Below are positions 63,276 through 64,000 of a DNA stretch of 64,000 bases, one piece after another. Location of the stretch: the NCBI GenBank assembly GCA_038087875.1, contig CM075989.1:11968001-12032000 (forward strand), in the 5' to 3' direction. The notes beneath the pieces are model-generated. The model was not told where the DNA came from, did no database searches, and worked only from the letters and a program-made list of their open reading frames with translations. Position numbers and translations under genes: made by a program. The first letter of the stretch is position 1, and every line of letters begins with the position of its first letter. The DNA is from Malacoraja senta. Lineage: Eukaryota.

Positions 63276-63279
63276 TGGA

Positions 63280-63490
63280 GGCATACCTTCAGATTCAGGG
63301 ACAGTTCCTTCCCAGCTGTTATCAGGCAACTGAACCATCTTTTCACCAGCTAAACTGTGGTCCTGATCTCCCATCTACCTCATTGGAGTCCTTTGAACTA
63401 TCGTTAATCGGACTTTAACGGACATTATCTTGCACTAAATGTCCTTTATTCTTCATCTGTACTCTGTTGATGGCTTGAGTGTAATCATAA
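63280..63490 (+). mobile_element. Rex1-like LINE 3' fragment
   Basis: RFRDSSFPAVIRQLNH and 3' UTR matching 22030-22230. Confidence 0.8.
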
Positions 63491-64000
63491 GGAATAGGAG
63501 TAGAATTAGGCCATTCGGCCCATCAAGTCTACTCCACCATTTAATCATGGCTGGTCTATCTCTCCCTCCGAACCCCATTTTCCTCCGAACCCCATTCTGG
63601 AATTTTTTGAGGATGTGACAAGTAAAATGAATGAAGGGGTGCCAGTGGATGTAGTGTATTTAGACTTTCAGAAACCCTTTGATAAGGTCCCGCACGGGAG
63701 ACTGGTGACTAAAATTAGAGCACATGGTATTGGGGATAGGGTGTTGACATGGATAGAAAATTGGTTGGCAGACCGGAAGCAAAGAGTAGGAGTGAACGGA
63801 TCCTTTTCAGAATGGCAGGCAGTGGCGAGTGGAGTGCCGCAAGGCTCGGTTGGGGCCGCAACTGTTTACCATATATATTAATGATTTGGAAGAGGGAATT
63901 AGGAGCAACACTAGCAAGTTTGCAGATGACACAAAGCTGGGTGGAAGTGTGAACTGTGAAGAGGATGTTAGGAGGTTGCAGGGTGACCTGGACAGGTTGA
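63490..64000. mobile_element. CR1 LINE: inverted 3' tail (63490-63597) joined to a plus-strand RT region running off the window
   Basis: VDVVYLDFQKPFDKVPH...GVPQGSV...[10 protein letters not shown]. Confidence 0.9.

Overview
Eukaryotic (vertebrate) genomic DNA dominated by repeats. The repeat mix (CR1, Rex1/Babar and Tx1 LINE fragments, tRNA-headed and Deu-domain SINEs, many Penelope-derived short elements) suggests a cartilaginous fish, probably a skate or ray; this is an inference, not a database result. I recognise no host protein-coding gene. The only convincing protein ORFs are retrotransposon reverse-transcriptase fragments, plus a few low-confidence minus-strand exon candidates and two promoter-like CpG/GC-rich patches (about 32.5-32.7 kb and 56.5-57.3 kb). 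The best finding is a 137-bp, TSD-flanked, non-autonomous retroelement at 50056-50192 (minus strand). Its first 53 nt fold into a complete minimal (P4-less) HDV-like self-cleaving ribozyme whose predicted cleavage site coincides with the element's 5' boundary, fused to a structured Vingi/ingi-like 3' end with an (AAG)n tail. The window also has many Penelope-derived elements with minimal hammerhead-like cores, often as inverted pairs; one pair was hit twice by young CR1 insertions. There are also two CpG-rich Harbinger-type MITEs and a 1-kb DNA transposon with a 7-bp TSD. Boundaries of old, degenerate repeats are approximate.
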